A DNA stretch of 64,000 nucleotides from Ostreococcus lucimarinus (Eukaryota), in NCBI GenBank assembly GCA_000092065.1, contig CP000586.1, one strand, 5' to 3'. Of the stretch, positions 18,980 to 29,258 are shown piece after piece. The notes under the pieces were generated by a model. That model ran no database searches, was not told the origin of the DNA, and worked only from the letters and a program-made list of their open reading frames with translations. Position numbers and translations under genes: made by a program. How positions within the stretch are numbered: the stretch's first letter is position 1; each line of letters begins with the position of its first letter.

Positions 18980-19151
18980 CACCACGACTCGCCGCGCGAC
19001 GACTGCCGCTTCCCTTCCCTCACCGCGACACGATTTCCATCCGTCGCGTTCGAACGCCGCGTCCCGCCGCCGCAACTAACTCGCGCGCGCCGTCCCGAGC
19101 GCCGCAGTGCTCGCCGCGCGCCCGCGCCCGCGCACCGGCGGCGCGACCGAC

Positions 19152-20324
19152 ATGAGTCGATCGCGCTCGCGCTCGCGCTCGCGCTCGCGCTCGAGCGCGT
19201 CGTCGTCGTCGTCGTCGTCGCGCTCGCGCTCGCGCGACCTCGCGCGTCGCGTCGCCGCGCTGAGCGACGACGCGCTGCTCGCGCGACGCCGACGGCTGCT
19301 CGAGCGCATCGACGTCGAGCGCGAGATCGCGCGTCGCGCCGAGACGACGCTCAAGCGCGCGCGCGAGGAGGCGAGCGACGAGGAAGAGGGACAGATTCCG
19401 GGCGACGCGCGCGACGCGCCGCCGCCCGCGAAAGTCGCGCGAGGGTACGTGCCGCCGCACGCGCGCGATCGAGGCGGATCGGGCGAGAAAAACGACGGAC
19501 GAGACGATTGGCGACGCGCGGACGGACGCGCGGACGCGGGGGATTGGCGAAGGCGAGAGGGAGAGAAGGCGGCGCGGCCGAAGCTGCCGGTGCCGGGCGA
19601 ACGCGGGTTCGGGCACCGCTCGGTCGGCGTCGGACGCGGACGCGCGGTCGAGGGCGGCGGCGGCGGTCAGAAACCGTCGTCGCTCGGCGGCGGTCCCGGG
19701 ACGGAGGCGCCGGGACGCGCGCCGGTGGAACCTCGAGGACGATTCGAGGACGCGGACGCGGCGCCGAGGCCGAAGACGATTCCCGCGCCTCGAACGGTTC
19801 CCGTCCCGGCGCCGCCGCCGGTGAAGCCGAAGAGTCCGCCGCGCGCGGTCGTCGCGCCCGCGCCGGTCCCAGCGCCGCCGCCGAAAGAACCGTCGCCGGC
19901 GCCCGCGGCCGACGACGACGAGGACGACGACGATATCGAAGCCATCCAAGCCGCCGCCAAAGCCGCCAGAGCCGTCAAAGCCGCGGCGACGAAGCCCGCC
20001 GCTCCCAAGGTGGTCGAAATCGAGGTCGAGATTCCGGATAAACCAAAAGCCGACGCCCCGCGTCGATCCTCGAGGCGTTCGACGTCGCCCGAGCGCGACG
20101 CCGATCCTCCTCGTCGATCGTCCAGACGTTCCGTCTCCGTGGAGCGCCGCTCGACGAATCCGCCGCCGAGCGCCGACGGTTTGACCCCCGTCGAAGGCGA
20201 TCCCGCCAAGCTCACCGTCGTCGTTTTGAAGAAGCTCCTCACCGAGCGCGAGTTGAGCACCGCGGGCTTGAAGGCTGCCCTCGTCGAGCGCTTAAAATCC
20301 GCGTTGGCCGACGAACGCTCGTGA
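19152..20324 (+). CDS. RS-repeat / Pro-rich nuclear protein with a C-terminal SAP domain
   Basis: Has (SR)n near the N-terminus and a proline-rich centre, with a C-terminal LTVVVLKKLLTERELSTAGLKAALVERLKSAL that fits the SAP motif. The track start at 19107 is GTG; the first ATG is at 19152. Confidence 0.55.
   Translation: MSRSRSRSRSRSRSSASSSSSSSRSRSRDLARRVAALSDDALLARRRRLLERIDVEREIARRAETTLKRAREEASDEEEGQIPGDARDAPPPAKVARGYVPPHARDRGGSGEKNDGRDDWRRADGRADAGDWRRREGEKAARPKLPVPGERGFGHRSVGVGRGRAVEGGGGGQKPSSLGGGPGTEAPGRAPVEPRGRFEDADAAPRPKTIPAPRTVPVPAPPPVKPKSPPRAVVAPAPVPAPPPKEPSPAPAADDDEDDDDIEAIQAAAKAARAVKAAATKPAAPKVVEIEVEIPDKPKADAPRRSSRRSTSPERDADPPRRSSRRSVSVERRSTNPPPSADGLTPVEGDPAKLTVVVLKKLLTERELSTAGLKAALVERLKSALADERS
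19166..19235 (+). repeat. (GCGCTC)n / (GTC)n microsatellite encoding SRSRSRSR...SSSSSSS
   Basis: gcgctcgcgctcgcgctcgcgctcgcgctcgagcgcgtcgtcgtcgtcgtcgtcgtcgcgctcgcgctcgcg within the RS/SAP gene. Confidence 0.8.
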
Positions 20325-20435
20325 GCGTCGTCGTCGCATTCAATAGAACTTTATTCGTCAATGCACCATCCCGCACTTCGCGACCCCGCGCGCGCGCGAC
20401 GACGCGTCCGAACGCGACGTGACCGAACGCTCGAC

Positions 20436-21638
20436 ATGACCGCCGTCGCCGACCTGCGTTTCCTCGCCGTGAGCGCCACCGCGGCTCGAATCACGCGCAT
20501 CGGTGTCCCGCTCAAAACCTCCCCCGACGGCGCGCTCGCGACGCGCGACGGCGCCGACGGCGCGCGCGACGGCGACGACGGGCCCGGTGATATCCTTCGC
20601 GATTGGCAAATCATGCAAACCAGGCTCGATCGCGAGGAAGAGGCGGAGGAGATGAGCAAGCTTTGGCACGACGACCCGGCGACGTGGCTCGAGCGAAGCA
20701 AGACGCAGTGGAGCGCGAGACATCGAGCGAGCGTGTACGCGAAACAGAAGGCCATGGGCGTGGCGAATCCGAGCACGACGGGACACGCGTCGCGAGCGCA
20801 GGGAGGGACGTCGAGCTCGACGGTGAAGACGACGAGGAAGAATCGCGCGGCGGGCGAACCGTTGGTGCAACTGGGCGAACGCGGCAAGGCGGGCATCGGA
20901 AAGATATCGTGCTCGCTGGTGGATTTGATCCAGTCGGGGCTGTTGAAGAGTGGTGCGGAGAAAATGTTCATCGTGTATCAAGATAACGTGTGGAAGGGCG
21001 ATCTCGGGGAGGACGGGGTGATCACGTTTCAAGGGCAGCGGTTCACGAGTCCGAGCGCGTGGGCGATTTTCGCCAAACGTTTAACGAACCCGACGAAGAA
21101 GGCTGACGACGGATGGAAGAGCGCACGGTACGGCGATCCCGATGGACCGACTTTAGATCAAGTGAAAGGGGAGTACGCGAGAATCAATCAGTTGAAGTTG
21201 GCGGGGTTGGAGGTGCAAGTGGAGGAGGCGTCGCGAACGCTCACGGCGGAAGCGTCGGCGGCAAAGGCAGCCGGTGGAGCCGCGGATTCGCCTCGCGCTA
21301 CTCGTAAACGCAAAGCAGCCGGCGTCGTTACGGCATCCGCGGACGACATGTCGTGGACGGTAAAGTTTCCAGGATGCGAATTCGGCGCGCCAGAGCCGTA
21401 CGCCGGGACGGTGGCGGACGAAAACATGGACTTCAAAGGCTTAGTGGGCAAGTACGTCTGCGTGTTTCGCGAATGCGCTGGCGATAAAAGCTGGTGGGCG
21501 GCGAAAGTAATCAAGGTGCGCGACCTAGACACCCACGCGGAGGCGGACTTGCTATTTTCAGACGCGAAAATTGAACGAGAGGTCGACGTGGAGTCGCTCG
21601 CGAGCGAAGGCGAACTCGTCGTGTTGGACGAATGCTGA
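20436..21638 (+). CDS. Hypothetical protein with a possible RAMA-like central region and a Tudor/Agenet-like C-terminus
   Basis: Non-repetitive 400-aa ORF (GIGKISCSLVDLIQSGLLKSGAEKMFIVYQDNVWKGDLGEDGVITFQGQRF...; VGKYVCVFRECAGDKSWWAAKVIKVRD). The ATG at 20361 is only 36 bp after the previous stop, so I prefer the internal ATG at 20436. The domain calls are tentative. Confidence 0.45.
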   Translation: MTAVADLRFLAVSATAARITRIGVPLKTSPDGALATRDGADGARDGDDGPGDILRDWQIMQTRLDREEEAEEMSKLWHDDPATWLERSKTQWSARHRASVYAKQKAMGVANPSTTGHASRAQGGTSSSTVKTTRKNRAAGEPLVQLGERGKAGIGKISCSLVDLIQSGLLKSGAEKMFIVYQDNVWKGDLGEDGVITFQGQRFTSPSAWAIFAKRLTNPTKKADDGWKSARYGDPDGPTLDQVKGEYARINQLKLAGLEVQVEEASRTLTAEASAAKAAGGAADSPRATRKRKAAGVVTASADDMSWTVKFPGCEFGAPEPYAGTVADENMDFKGLVGKYVCVFRECAGDKSWWAAKVIKVRDLDTHAEADLLFSDAKIEREVDVESLASEGELVVLDEC

Positions 21639-21805
21639 CGGCGCCACGAAGAGTTCACCAGTAAACCTTAGTAAACCAACAGTACAGTTCTAGAGATATT
21701 CACTCGTTTTCCGCTCGAGATCGGCGGTCGCGTCGAGCGGTTCGCGCGGAACCGAGCGAGCGCGCCGGCGCGCCGTGCGCTGTGAAATGGGCGACCGACC
21801 GCGCA

Positions 21806-23440
21806 ATGGGCGACCGACCGCGCGACCGACCGTTAATCGTCGATCGCGCGCCGCACCTCGCGACGCGCGCGATGCGGCTCGCGTCGCGCGCGATCGATCG
21901 CGTTCCGAGCGCGTCGCCGCGCCGCGCGCGCGCGACGCGTCGACGCCGCGCGCCGCGCGCCGGTCTCTTCGGCTTTGGCGATGCGACGCGAAGCGAATCG
22001 GCGAAGACGAAGGCGAAGACGAAGACGACGATCCTGGGCGACGCGGCGTCGAGCGTCGACGTGAAAGATGCGTACGAGTTCGGCGCCGAGCTCGGACGCG
22101 GACAATTCGGCGAGGTGCGCGCGGTGACGGACAAGGAGAGCGGACGCGCGCTCGCGTGCAAATCCATCAGCAAGCGAGGACTCTCGAGCGAACGGTCGAA
22201 AGAGATGGTGCGGAACGAAGTAAAAATCATGCATCACTTGAATGGGAACGCGAAGGTCGTTGAACTCGTCGCGACGCACGAGGATGCGACGCACGTGCAC
22301 TTGGTGATGGAAAAATTGGACGGCGACGAGTGGTTCGACGCGATGGCGGAGCAGTTTGAGACGGCGCCCTATAGCGAAGCCGAAGCCGCGGCGCAGTTTC
22401 GAAATGTGGCGCACACGGTGGAGTACTGTCATATAATGGACGTCATGCATCGCGACTTGAAGCCGGAGAATTTCGTGTTGAAGAGCGGCGCGAAGGATTC
22501 GCCCGTGTGCGCCATCGATTTCGGGCTGTCGACGTTTGCGACGCGAGACCAAGTGTTCACCGACTTCGTGGGCTCCCCGTATTACGTCGCTCCAGAAGTC
22601 ATGGCTTACAAGTACTCCAACGGAGCCGATGTGTGGTCGTGTGGCGTTATTTTATACATTCTACTCTCCGGCGTGCCGCCGTTTTGGGGATCGAGCGAGA
22701 AGCAAGTGTTCGACGCCATCAAGCGATATAAGACGGGCGCCGAGCCGCTCGATTTGGTGAGCGAGCCGTGGCCGTCAGTCAGCGATGCGGCGAAAGAGCT
22801 CATACAAGGCATGCTCACGGTGGATCCGACGAAGCGCATGACGATCGAAGACGTACTCCAGCATCCCTGGCTGGCCGATCCGAGCGTCGCTCCAAAGACG
22901 GCGCTCGACAACATCGTCTACAAGCGCTTCAAAAACTTCGCCGCCATGAGCAAGTTCAAGAAGCTGGGGCTGCACGCCATGGCGCGCGCGATGCCCGCGG
23001 AAGAGATCGCTGGACTGAGCGTCATGTTCAAGGAGCTGGACAAGGATAAATCGGGAACTGTTTCCATCGATGAGTTACGAGAAGGATTAAAGCTCCAATC
23101 CTCCGACGCCGCGGCGGAGCTCGAAGAGATCTTCAAAGTAGTCGATCTCGACGGCACCGGCGAAATTCACTGGGAGGAGTTCATCGTCGCCACTCTCGCG
23201 CGGTCGAAGCGTGAATCTAAAGCCGCGATCCAGCGCGCGTTTGATTACTTCGACACCGACCACGACGGTTCCATCACCGCCGAGGAATTCCAAAGCGCGC
23301 TCGACACGATGTCCCCCGTCGAGCGTGCGAATCTCGGCGACGTCACCGAGCTCATCGCCACCGCTGACGCCAACGGCGACGGCGTCATCGACTTTGAAGA
23401 GTTCATGACCGCGATGTCCGCCGACTCTAGCGCCCGGTGA
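21806..23440 (+). CDS. CPK: Calcium-dependent protein kinase (CDPK) with four EF hands
   Basis: Ser/Thr kinase domain (GRGQFGEV, HRDLKPENF, DFGLS, GSPYYVAPE), a junction region, then four EF-hand loops (DKDKSGTVSIDE, DLDGTGEIHWEE, DTDHDGSITAEE, DANGDGVIDFEE). The track start at 21782 is GTG; the first ATG is at 21806. Confidence 0.9.
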   Translation: MGDRPRDRPLIVDRAPHLATRAMRLASRAIDRVPSASPRRARATRRRRAPRAGLFGFGDATRSESAKTKAKTKTTILGDAASSVDVKDAYEFGAELGRGQFGEVRAVTDKESGRALACKSISKRGLSSERSKEMVRNEVKIMHHLNGNAKVVELVATHEDATHVHLVMEKLDGDEWFDAMAEQFETAPYSEAEAAAQFRNVAHTVEYCHIMDVMHRDLKPENFVLKSGAKDSPVCAIDFGLSTFATRDQVFTDFVGSPYYVAPEVMAYKYSNGADVWSCGVILYILLSGVPPFWGSSEKQVFDAIKRYKTGAEPLDLVSEPWPSVSDAAKELIQGMLTVDPTKRMTIEDVLQHPWLADPSVAPKTALDNIVYKRFKNFAAMSKFKKLGLHAMARAMPAEEIAGLSVMFKELDKDKSGTVSIDELREGLKLQSSDAAAELEEIFKVVDLDGTGEIHWEEFIVATLARSKRESKAAIQRAFDYFDTDHDGSITAEEFQSALDTMSPVERANLGDVTELIATADANGDGVIDFEEFMTAMSADSSAR

Positions 23441-23906
23441 CCCCTCGCGACCGTGTAATCGCATCGCCCGAGCCTCGCGTCCCGCCGTCCTCGCGCTCAG
23501 AGCGGCACGTCGTCGATCGCGCGTAACTCGAACGCTTTCAACGCGCACGTCGCGCGCGCGTCCATCCTTCGCGTCGCGGCGTCGACATCGCGCGCCGTCG
23601 TCGCGCTCGGTAGCTCGCGCTGTGTCTCGCGCAGCTCGCGGCGCAGCGCGTCGGCGGTCGCGGTCGCGCTCGGTGTGGTCGCGCCGCGTTCGCGTTGCAT
23701 CGCTCGAGGCGTTCGCGCGCGCGACGCGCGCGCGTCGACGACTGGCGTCGGGACGGGACGCCGCGCGCGCGAACGGCGACGGTTTCTTCGTTTTCGTTTG
23801 GTAAAAGTAACTACAAGATGACACTAGGATTGTAGAGTAGAATCGATCAATTAAGCAGTAGTCACGCCGCGGCGAACGCGGACGCGCTCGGACGCGAGAC
23901 GGCGAC

Positions 23907-24611
23907 CTAGGCGTGCGAAAACCGGCACGAATCGCCGCGGGTGCAGTTTCCTTCGGCGAAGGCGTAGCACTTGCCAGCGGGACCGCGAGAGCCCGGACGA
24001 GACGGCGGCGCGTTCGGATCGTGCGAGAATCGACACGAGTCACCGTACGAGCAGTTACCGTTTTGGAAGGCGTAGCACACGCCGCCGCCGCCGCCGCCGC
24101 GACCGCCGCCGCCGCCGCGTCCCGCCGCGCTCCCCGGCCCGTGCGAGAATCGGCACGAATCGCCCCGATCGCACTCGCCGCGTTCAAACGCGTAGCACTT
24201 CGGCACGTCCTCTCCGAATCGTTCCTTTTTCGCCTTTTTACACGGTTCGCACCGCGTCGGTTGGTTCGTCCAGCCCTTCGTCGCGTAAAACTCTTGTTCG
24301 CCGACGGTGAACACGAACTCCCCGTTACAATCCCGGCAGTTCAGCGTCACGTCCTCGTAGTTCCCCGTCGACACCTTACCCGGCTTCAATTCATCCGCGG
24401 ACTTTTTCGCGTGCACCTTGAATCCCGAGTCGCTGTCCTCGCCGTCGTCGGCGTCGTCCACCTTTTTCTTTTTTTCGGCTTTTTCCTCGCTTCCCGATTG
24501 ATCGCCTCCGGACGATTCATCGCGCTCGCGCTTCTCCTTCTTCTCCTTCTTCTCCTTCTTCTCCTTCTTCTCCTTCTTTTCCTTCGGGCTCTTCGGCGTT
24601 TTGTCGCCCAT
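23907..24611 (-). CDS. CCCH-type zinc-finger protein with a Lys/Glu-repeat N-terminus
   Basis: Three C-x7-C-x5-C-x3-H fingers (CYAFERGECDRGDSCRFSH, CYAFQNGNCSYGDSCRFSH, CYAFAEGNCTRGDSCRFSH) and an N-terminal (KEKKE)n. The ATG is at 24609-24611 (minus strand). The 455-aa track ORF upstream of it is Arg-rich low complexity. Confidence 0.7.
   Translation of the reverse strand: MGDKTPKSPKEKKEKKEKKEKKEKKEKRERDESSGGDQSGSEEKAEKKKKVDDADDGEDSDSGFKVHAKKSADELKPGKVSTGNYEDVTLNCRDCNGEFVFTVGEQEFYATKGWTNQPTRCEPCKKAKKERFGEDVPKCYAFERGECDRGDSCRFSHGPGSAAGRGGGGGRGGGGGGVCYAFQNGNCSYGDSCRFSHDPNAPPSRPGSRGPAGKCYAFAEGNCTRGDSCRFSHA
24515..24600 (-). repeat. 15-bp (CTTCTCCTTCTTCTC)n coding repeat giving (KEKKE)n in the CCCH zinc-finger protein
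   Basis: ctccttcttctccttcttctccttcttctccttcttctccttcttttcc read directly from the sequence. Confidence 0.8.
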
Positions 24612-24805
24612 GGCTCGCGCTCGTCGGCGTCGGCGCGCGCGTGTGGCGTCGCGGCGAATGGCGGCGGCGGCGGCGGCGGCGCGGGCGACCGACCGAGATT
24701 GGCGCGTATGGGCAAACAGTGATGTTACACGTGGACGCGCGACGCGCGACGCGGTGCGCGCGCGCGACGCGCGGGCGGCGCGCGCGCGACCGCGAGTCAT
24801 CGCGG

Positions 24806-27397
24806 TCACCGCGCGTCGTTCGCGGCGCGGCGCGAGCGCAGACAGCGGACGTGGCGCATCGTCGGGCGGCCGTGCGGGCAGTTCCACGGCGCGTCGAGCG
24901 CGCCGAGGTTGCGCAAGACTCGGCGCATCGAACGCGCGTCCAGGGCGTCGCCGATCATGATGGACGAGCGACAGGCCTTCATGGCGAGCGCGGCGCGGGT
25001 TTTGGAGGGGCGGAGCACGCGCGGTGAGGCGTCCCGTCGCGACCGCGCGGCGGCGGCGTCCTCTCGCGCGAGGCCGATGGAGAGTTGGCTCTTGGAGGGA
25101 AGAGAATGTTGGCCTTGGTCGAGCATGGACACGAGCTCTTGGACGTCGGACTTGTCGAACGCGACGTTCTTGAGAAATGGAACCGCGTTCAGTCGCAGCG
25201 CGCCGCATCTCGCCGTGGGATCGATGGAGGAGTTGTTCATGTCCGCGCCGGGAACGGTCTCGGCGACGTCGCAAAACCCAAAGCCATTTTGCAAGAATAC
25301 GGGCATGTTTTGCAACACCGTCTGTTCCTCGCTCGCGGTCAAGTCGAGCGGAACCGGGTGTATGAGCGGCTGCCGCGTCAGTGTCGATGTGCGTTGCAAG
25401 CGCTCAAAGTTGTAAATCTCGTCGCTCGCGTGCTGGTCGACGATGAACAAGTCGTCGCCGAGCACGGCGAGGATGAAACCAAGATTGAACTGGCCCACGA
25501 TTCGCATTTTGGCGAAATCGGCTTTGTTGAACACGCGCTCAAGTTCGCTCGCCGCCGCCGCGTGCGTCGCGTGAGACGGTTCCGTTTCGCCATCCACGGC
25601 GGGAATTCGCGCGGCGGCGAACGCGATTTCCGACTTCGATTTGGACGCTTCGTCCACCGTCGTGACGACCTCGCTGCGCACGTTTCGCCTTCGCGCACGC
25701 ATCGTCTCCATCGAAAACGCCAAAGCGCCGCCACTGGAGTCTTCGCGCGTTGAATCTGGTCCTCGAGGTTCTTCCACCACTGCGGCGACCACGACGTCGT
25801 CAAACGTCACTTGCTCGTGTCCCACGTTGGCGCGTTCGTCCTCGGTATCGGGTTCTTTCGTTCGCGTGTCGTCGGATTGACTGTCCCCAACCTTTGGTTT
25901 CTTTACGACGTCTTCCTCGAACGCGACAATCGCCGGAGCATCGCGCATCTCGGTCTCGCCGCCTGCGCCGTCCGCCGTGGCCATCGTCCAACCGCCACCG
26001 ATTGCCACCGCCGTGGTTTCGCGCGTGAAGCCGAAATTTTGTAAACCCTTCTGCGCAGAGCTCGCGTCACGCTTCTTTCCTCTTCCACGAGTATCGTTCG
26101 CGGCAGGCTCCTTTGCCGTGAGCAAGAGTGTTTCAAATGTTTCTTCGTCCATGCACTCGGTTGGCGTCAACTCTTCGTCGTCGTGCTCATCCTCCATAAC
26201 GTCGTCACCGTCATCGCCTTCAAACGATGTCGAAAGTGAGGGACGTTTCTTCGTGTTACTTAGTGGCGCCTGCGATACGGCGTACGTGTATCGACTCGGC
26301 GCGAATGCCTCCGTGAGCTTTTCCTTCATCTTGGTTAGCAATTCTTGCTCTTGGTGTAGCATCACTTTGCGCTTGTCTGGCGTCACATTCACGTCATACG
26401 AGTCCGTGGGGAGTTGAACGTCTAACACCGCCATGGGCGCTTGGTTGGGGTTAAACGAACGGTAAGTCTCGTTAAGAACCTTGGCCACACGCGGTAAATC
26501 CACCGGTCTGCCGTTGACGTAATAAAATTGCCTATCCGTGCCCGCGCGACCACATCCATTTTGCGCCTTGGAGACGTACCCAACGATGCGACACGTCAAC
26601 GATGACGACCCATCACCATCGGCATCACTCAAATCAAAGTCGATTTCTTGCATCGCCGCGACCATCTTCGCGCCGAACACAGTCACGACGTTTTCCCGCA
26701 CTGACGCTTCCTCGCCCCCGCGCGTGTGCAACACATTCGTCCGTCCGTACTTTCCGCTCTGATGCGTGCACAATATCCTCACTGACTTCGACATCAACGC
26801 ATACGCCTGCACGACGTGCAACGCTCTCCCGTACTCGCGCTTCACGTTTCTCAAAAATTCCTTCCTCCGCACCGCGAGCGGCTCGAACAACCGACACACC
26901 GTCGCCGTCGTCCCCACTGATCTCGGCACCACACTCTCGCTCACGATCGCCCCCTTCGCGTCGTACACGATTTTCGTCCCACTCGCATCGTCTGCCGTCC
27001 GCGTGGTGACGCTAAACTCCCCCGATATCCCACATAAACTCGACAGCGCCTCGCCGCGAAATCCAAACGTTCGCAGCGTCTCCAAGTCTTCGAACGCCTT
27101 CAACTTGCTCGTCGCGTACTTGGTCGTCAGCGCCTCGAACGACGCCTTGGGCACGCCCGAGCCGTTATCGGACACTTCGACGACGTCCGCGCCGTGGTCT
27201 TTCAGTCGAATCTCCACGTTCGTCGCGCCGGCGTCCAGCGCGTTTTCGACGAGCTCCTTGACGCAGCTCGCGAGGCTGAGGACGACTTGGCCGGAGCATA
27301 TACGATGCACGACGACGTCGTCGATTCGTTTGATGCCTCGCGGGGGCGCGCTCGATGGGTTTTCGTCCATCGGCGGCGCGTCGGCGGCGCGCGACAT
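24806..27397 (-). CDS. PMS1: DNA mismatch repair protein PMS1/PMS2 (MutL homolog with endonuclease motif)
   Basis: GHKL ATPase N-terminus (VVHRICSGQVVLSLASCVKELVENALDAGAT, VSDNGSGV, GFRGEALSS) and the C-terminal DQHASDEIYNFERL endonuclease motif. The track start at 27457 is TTG. ATGs at 27397 and 27370 are both plausible. Confidence 0.85.
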   Translation of the reverse strand: MSRAADAPPMDENPSSAPPRGIKRIDDVVVHRICSGQVVLSLASCVKELVENALDAGATNVEIRLKDHGADVVEVSDNGSGVPKASFEALTTKYATSKLKAFEDLETLRTFGFRGEALSSLCGISGEFSVTTRTADDASGTKIVYDAKGAIVSESVVPRSVGTTATVCRLFEPLAVRRKEFLRNVKREYGRALHVVQAYALMSKSVRILCTHQSGKYGRTNVLHTRGGEEASVRENVVTVFGAKMVAAMQEIDFDLSDADGDGSSSLTCRIVGYVSKAQNGCGRAGTDRQFYYVNGRPVDLPRVAKVLNETYRSFNPNQAPMAVLDVQLPTDSYDVNVTPDKRKVMLHQEQELLTKMKEKLTEAFAPSRYTYAVSQAPLSNTKKRPSLSTSFEGDDGDDVMEDEHDDEELTPTECMDEETFETLLLTAKEPAANDTRGRGKKRDASSAQKGLQNFGFTRETTAVAIGGGWTMATADGAGGETEMRDAPAIVAFEEDVVKKPKVGDSQSDDTRTKEPDTEDERANVGHEQVTFDDVVVAAVVEEPRGPDSTREDSSGGALAFSMETMRARRRNVRSEVVTTVDEASKSKSEIAFAAARIPAVDGETEPSHATHAAAASELERVFNKADFAKMRIVGQFNLGFILAVLGDDLFIVDQHASDEIYNFERLQRTSTLTRQPLIHPVPLDLTASEEQTVLQNMPVFLQNGFGFCDVAETVPGADMNNSSIDPTARCGALRLNAVPFLKNVAFDKSDVQELVSMLDQGQHSLPSKSQLSIGLAREDAAAARSRRDASPRVLRPSKTRAALAMKACRSSIMIGDALDARSMRRVLRNLGALDAPWNCPHGRPTMRHVRCLRSRRAANDAR

Positions 27398-27524
27398 CGC
27401 GCGCGACGCGCGCGAGGGGCGATGTGTGGCGCCCAGCGCCAGCTGGGATGGATTCAAACGCGAGCGGGACGACGAGCGGGACGCGGGTGGTGATGCTTGT
27501 ATATTGTATCGTCGCGAGGCTAAG

Positions 27525-29075
27525 CTACTTTCGACGCCTGTTCGTGGCGACGTGACGACGTTCGTTCGGGTTGCGACGGACGTCGCCGCCGCCGATTTCG
27601 TACGCCGTCTTCTGACTGGCGAAGTGCTTGGCGTCGGCGTACGATTCCTCGTTGTACTCGGCGGCGAAGACGTCTTCGCCTACTTGTTTCTTAGTCAGCC
27701 GCACGCTCATGAGTTGGTCTTCGCGTAAGATTATTTTCTTTGCGTTGCGACCACCCTTGGGCGCGGGCAAGGTGTACTTGCTGCCGCGTAAAACAAACTT
27801 TTTACGAACGCCGAATTGTTCGACGCCGTCGCGAGTGACGGTGTGCTCGACTTTTTGCAACGTTTGATTGCCGCACTTGGGACAAAACATACGAGTGAGA
27901 TTGCGGGTGATTTCGTTGCACGCGTGGCAGCGAAGAACCCATCGCCGTAGGTGCTCGATGCGCATGCCGTCGGGCGCGACGAGTTTAAGGCCCATCTGCA
28001 GAATGACGTTTTGCATGGCGTAATCAGCCGTTACGGAGGAGACGCACGATTCGAGTTCGACTTCCTCGTCGTCGTCGCTACGAGTGGACGCGTCGTCGTC
28101 CTCTTCCTCCTCCACATTCGCCTCGATTTCACCACGAGAGGTGAAGAAGTCCGTCGCTCGTTTGCTTTGCTCTTCGAGTTCCTCGGGCGTGGCTCCCTCA
28201 ACTTCCGCGTTCGCCGTCGCTCGACGTTCGGCTTCCTCCGCCGCTAAACGCGCGCGCTCCTCTCGCTTTTGGCGACGCACGCGCGTCGTTCGACAAATGA
28301 CCGGCGCCCATTCGTCGGTATCGCCCTCGACGTCCTTAACTATATGTTCCTGCGCCACCAACGCCTCCGCAGCCTTCTCCTTCAACGCTCGCACGCGTTC
28401 CTCCTCGGCGGCGCGTCGTTCCCTCGCCACCGCCGTCTCCGCCTCGCGCTCCTTTCGCAATTCCTCCTCCGCCGCCTGCTCGATCGAAACCTTGGCCATC
28501 TTTTCCCGCATCTCGCGTTCGGCTTCCTCCTGGAGCTTATTCATATCGTCCAACTCCGCCCAATCGTCCGCGTTCGGCACGTAATCCCATCCCGGCTGCT
28601 TCTCGAACCGATTCGTCTTTTTAGCGTGCGTCCTCGGCGGCGCCGGCTCCGTCCTCAAATGTTCCACCCCGTGACATCTTCCCTCCAAGTCATACGCCAG
28701 CGCGATGAGCTTCATGTCTACCCTCGACAGCGCGTGCACGTCTCCGGTCTTACTCGCGAACCGTTTCACCGCTTCGATCGCTTCTTCGCTCGGTTCGGCG
28801 ACTTCGAGCGCGCCCGCGCTCGCCGCCACCGCGTCTCGTCCCTTGGCGTCCCGAATCTCATCCAGCACCTCCGCGATCGTCACGCACAGCACGTTCGGGT
28901 CGGTCAGCGCGTAGCCCTTGAACACGGCGTTGGCGTCGACGACCGCCTTCAGCGTCGCGGCGTCGCGCAGTTTGCTCTCGAGCGTCGCCTCAGCCGCCGC
29001 CGCCGCGGACGCTTCGGCGGCGTCGACCGGCGCCGGTGCGGGATCGTCGCGCACGATTTTGGACCACGCGGACAT
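27525..29075 (-). CDS. NOB1: NOB1 pre-18S rRNA D-site endonuclease (PIN domain plus zinc ribbon)
   Basis: N-terminal PIN domain (VVDANAVFKG...TIAEVLDEIRD...LSRVDMKLIALAYDLE) and a C-terminal zinc ribbon (CHACNEI...CPKCGN), with an acidic, coiled linker. The start is an ATG. Confidence 0.8.
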   Translation of the reverse strand: MSAWSKIVRDDPAPAPVDAAEASAAAAAEATLESKLRDAATLKAVVDANAVFKGYALTDPNVLCVTIAEVLDEIRDAKGRDAVAASAGALEVAEPSEEAIEAVKRFASKTGDVHALSRVDMKLIALAYDLEGRCHGVEHLRTEPAPPRTHAKKTNRFEKQPGWDYVPNADDWAELDDMNKLQEEAEREMREKMAKVSIEQAAEEELRKEREAETAVARERRAAEEERVRALKEKAAEALVAQEHIVKDVEGDTDEWAPVICRTTRVRRQKREERARLAAEEAERRATANAEVEGATPEELEEQSKRATDFFTSRGEIEANVEEEEDDDASTRSDDDEEVELESCVSSVTADYAMQNVILQMGLKLVAPDGMRIEHLRRWVLRCHACNEITRNLTRMFCPKCGNQTLQKVEHTVTRDGVEQFGVRKKFVLRGSKYTLPAPKGGRNAKKIILREDQLMSVRLTKKQVGEDVFAAEYNEESYADAKHFASQKTAYEIGGGDVRRNPNERRHVATNRRRK

Positions 29076-29258
29076 GGCGTCGACGCGGCGTCGACGCGCG
29101 CGACGTCGAGCCGCGCGCGATGGGCGAAGGACGCGCGAGGCGAAGTGGCGTCGGCCGGGCGAGGGAGGCGCGCGGGACGCGCGAACGCGGGACGAGCGAC
29201 GGTGAAAGCGTCGGAGGTTTGGATTACAAAACGAAAGACGCGTGATGGTAATGTGCTA

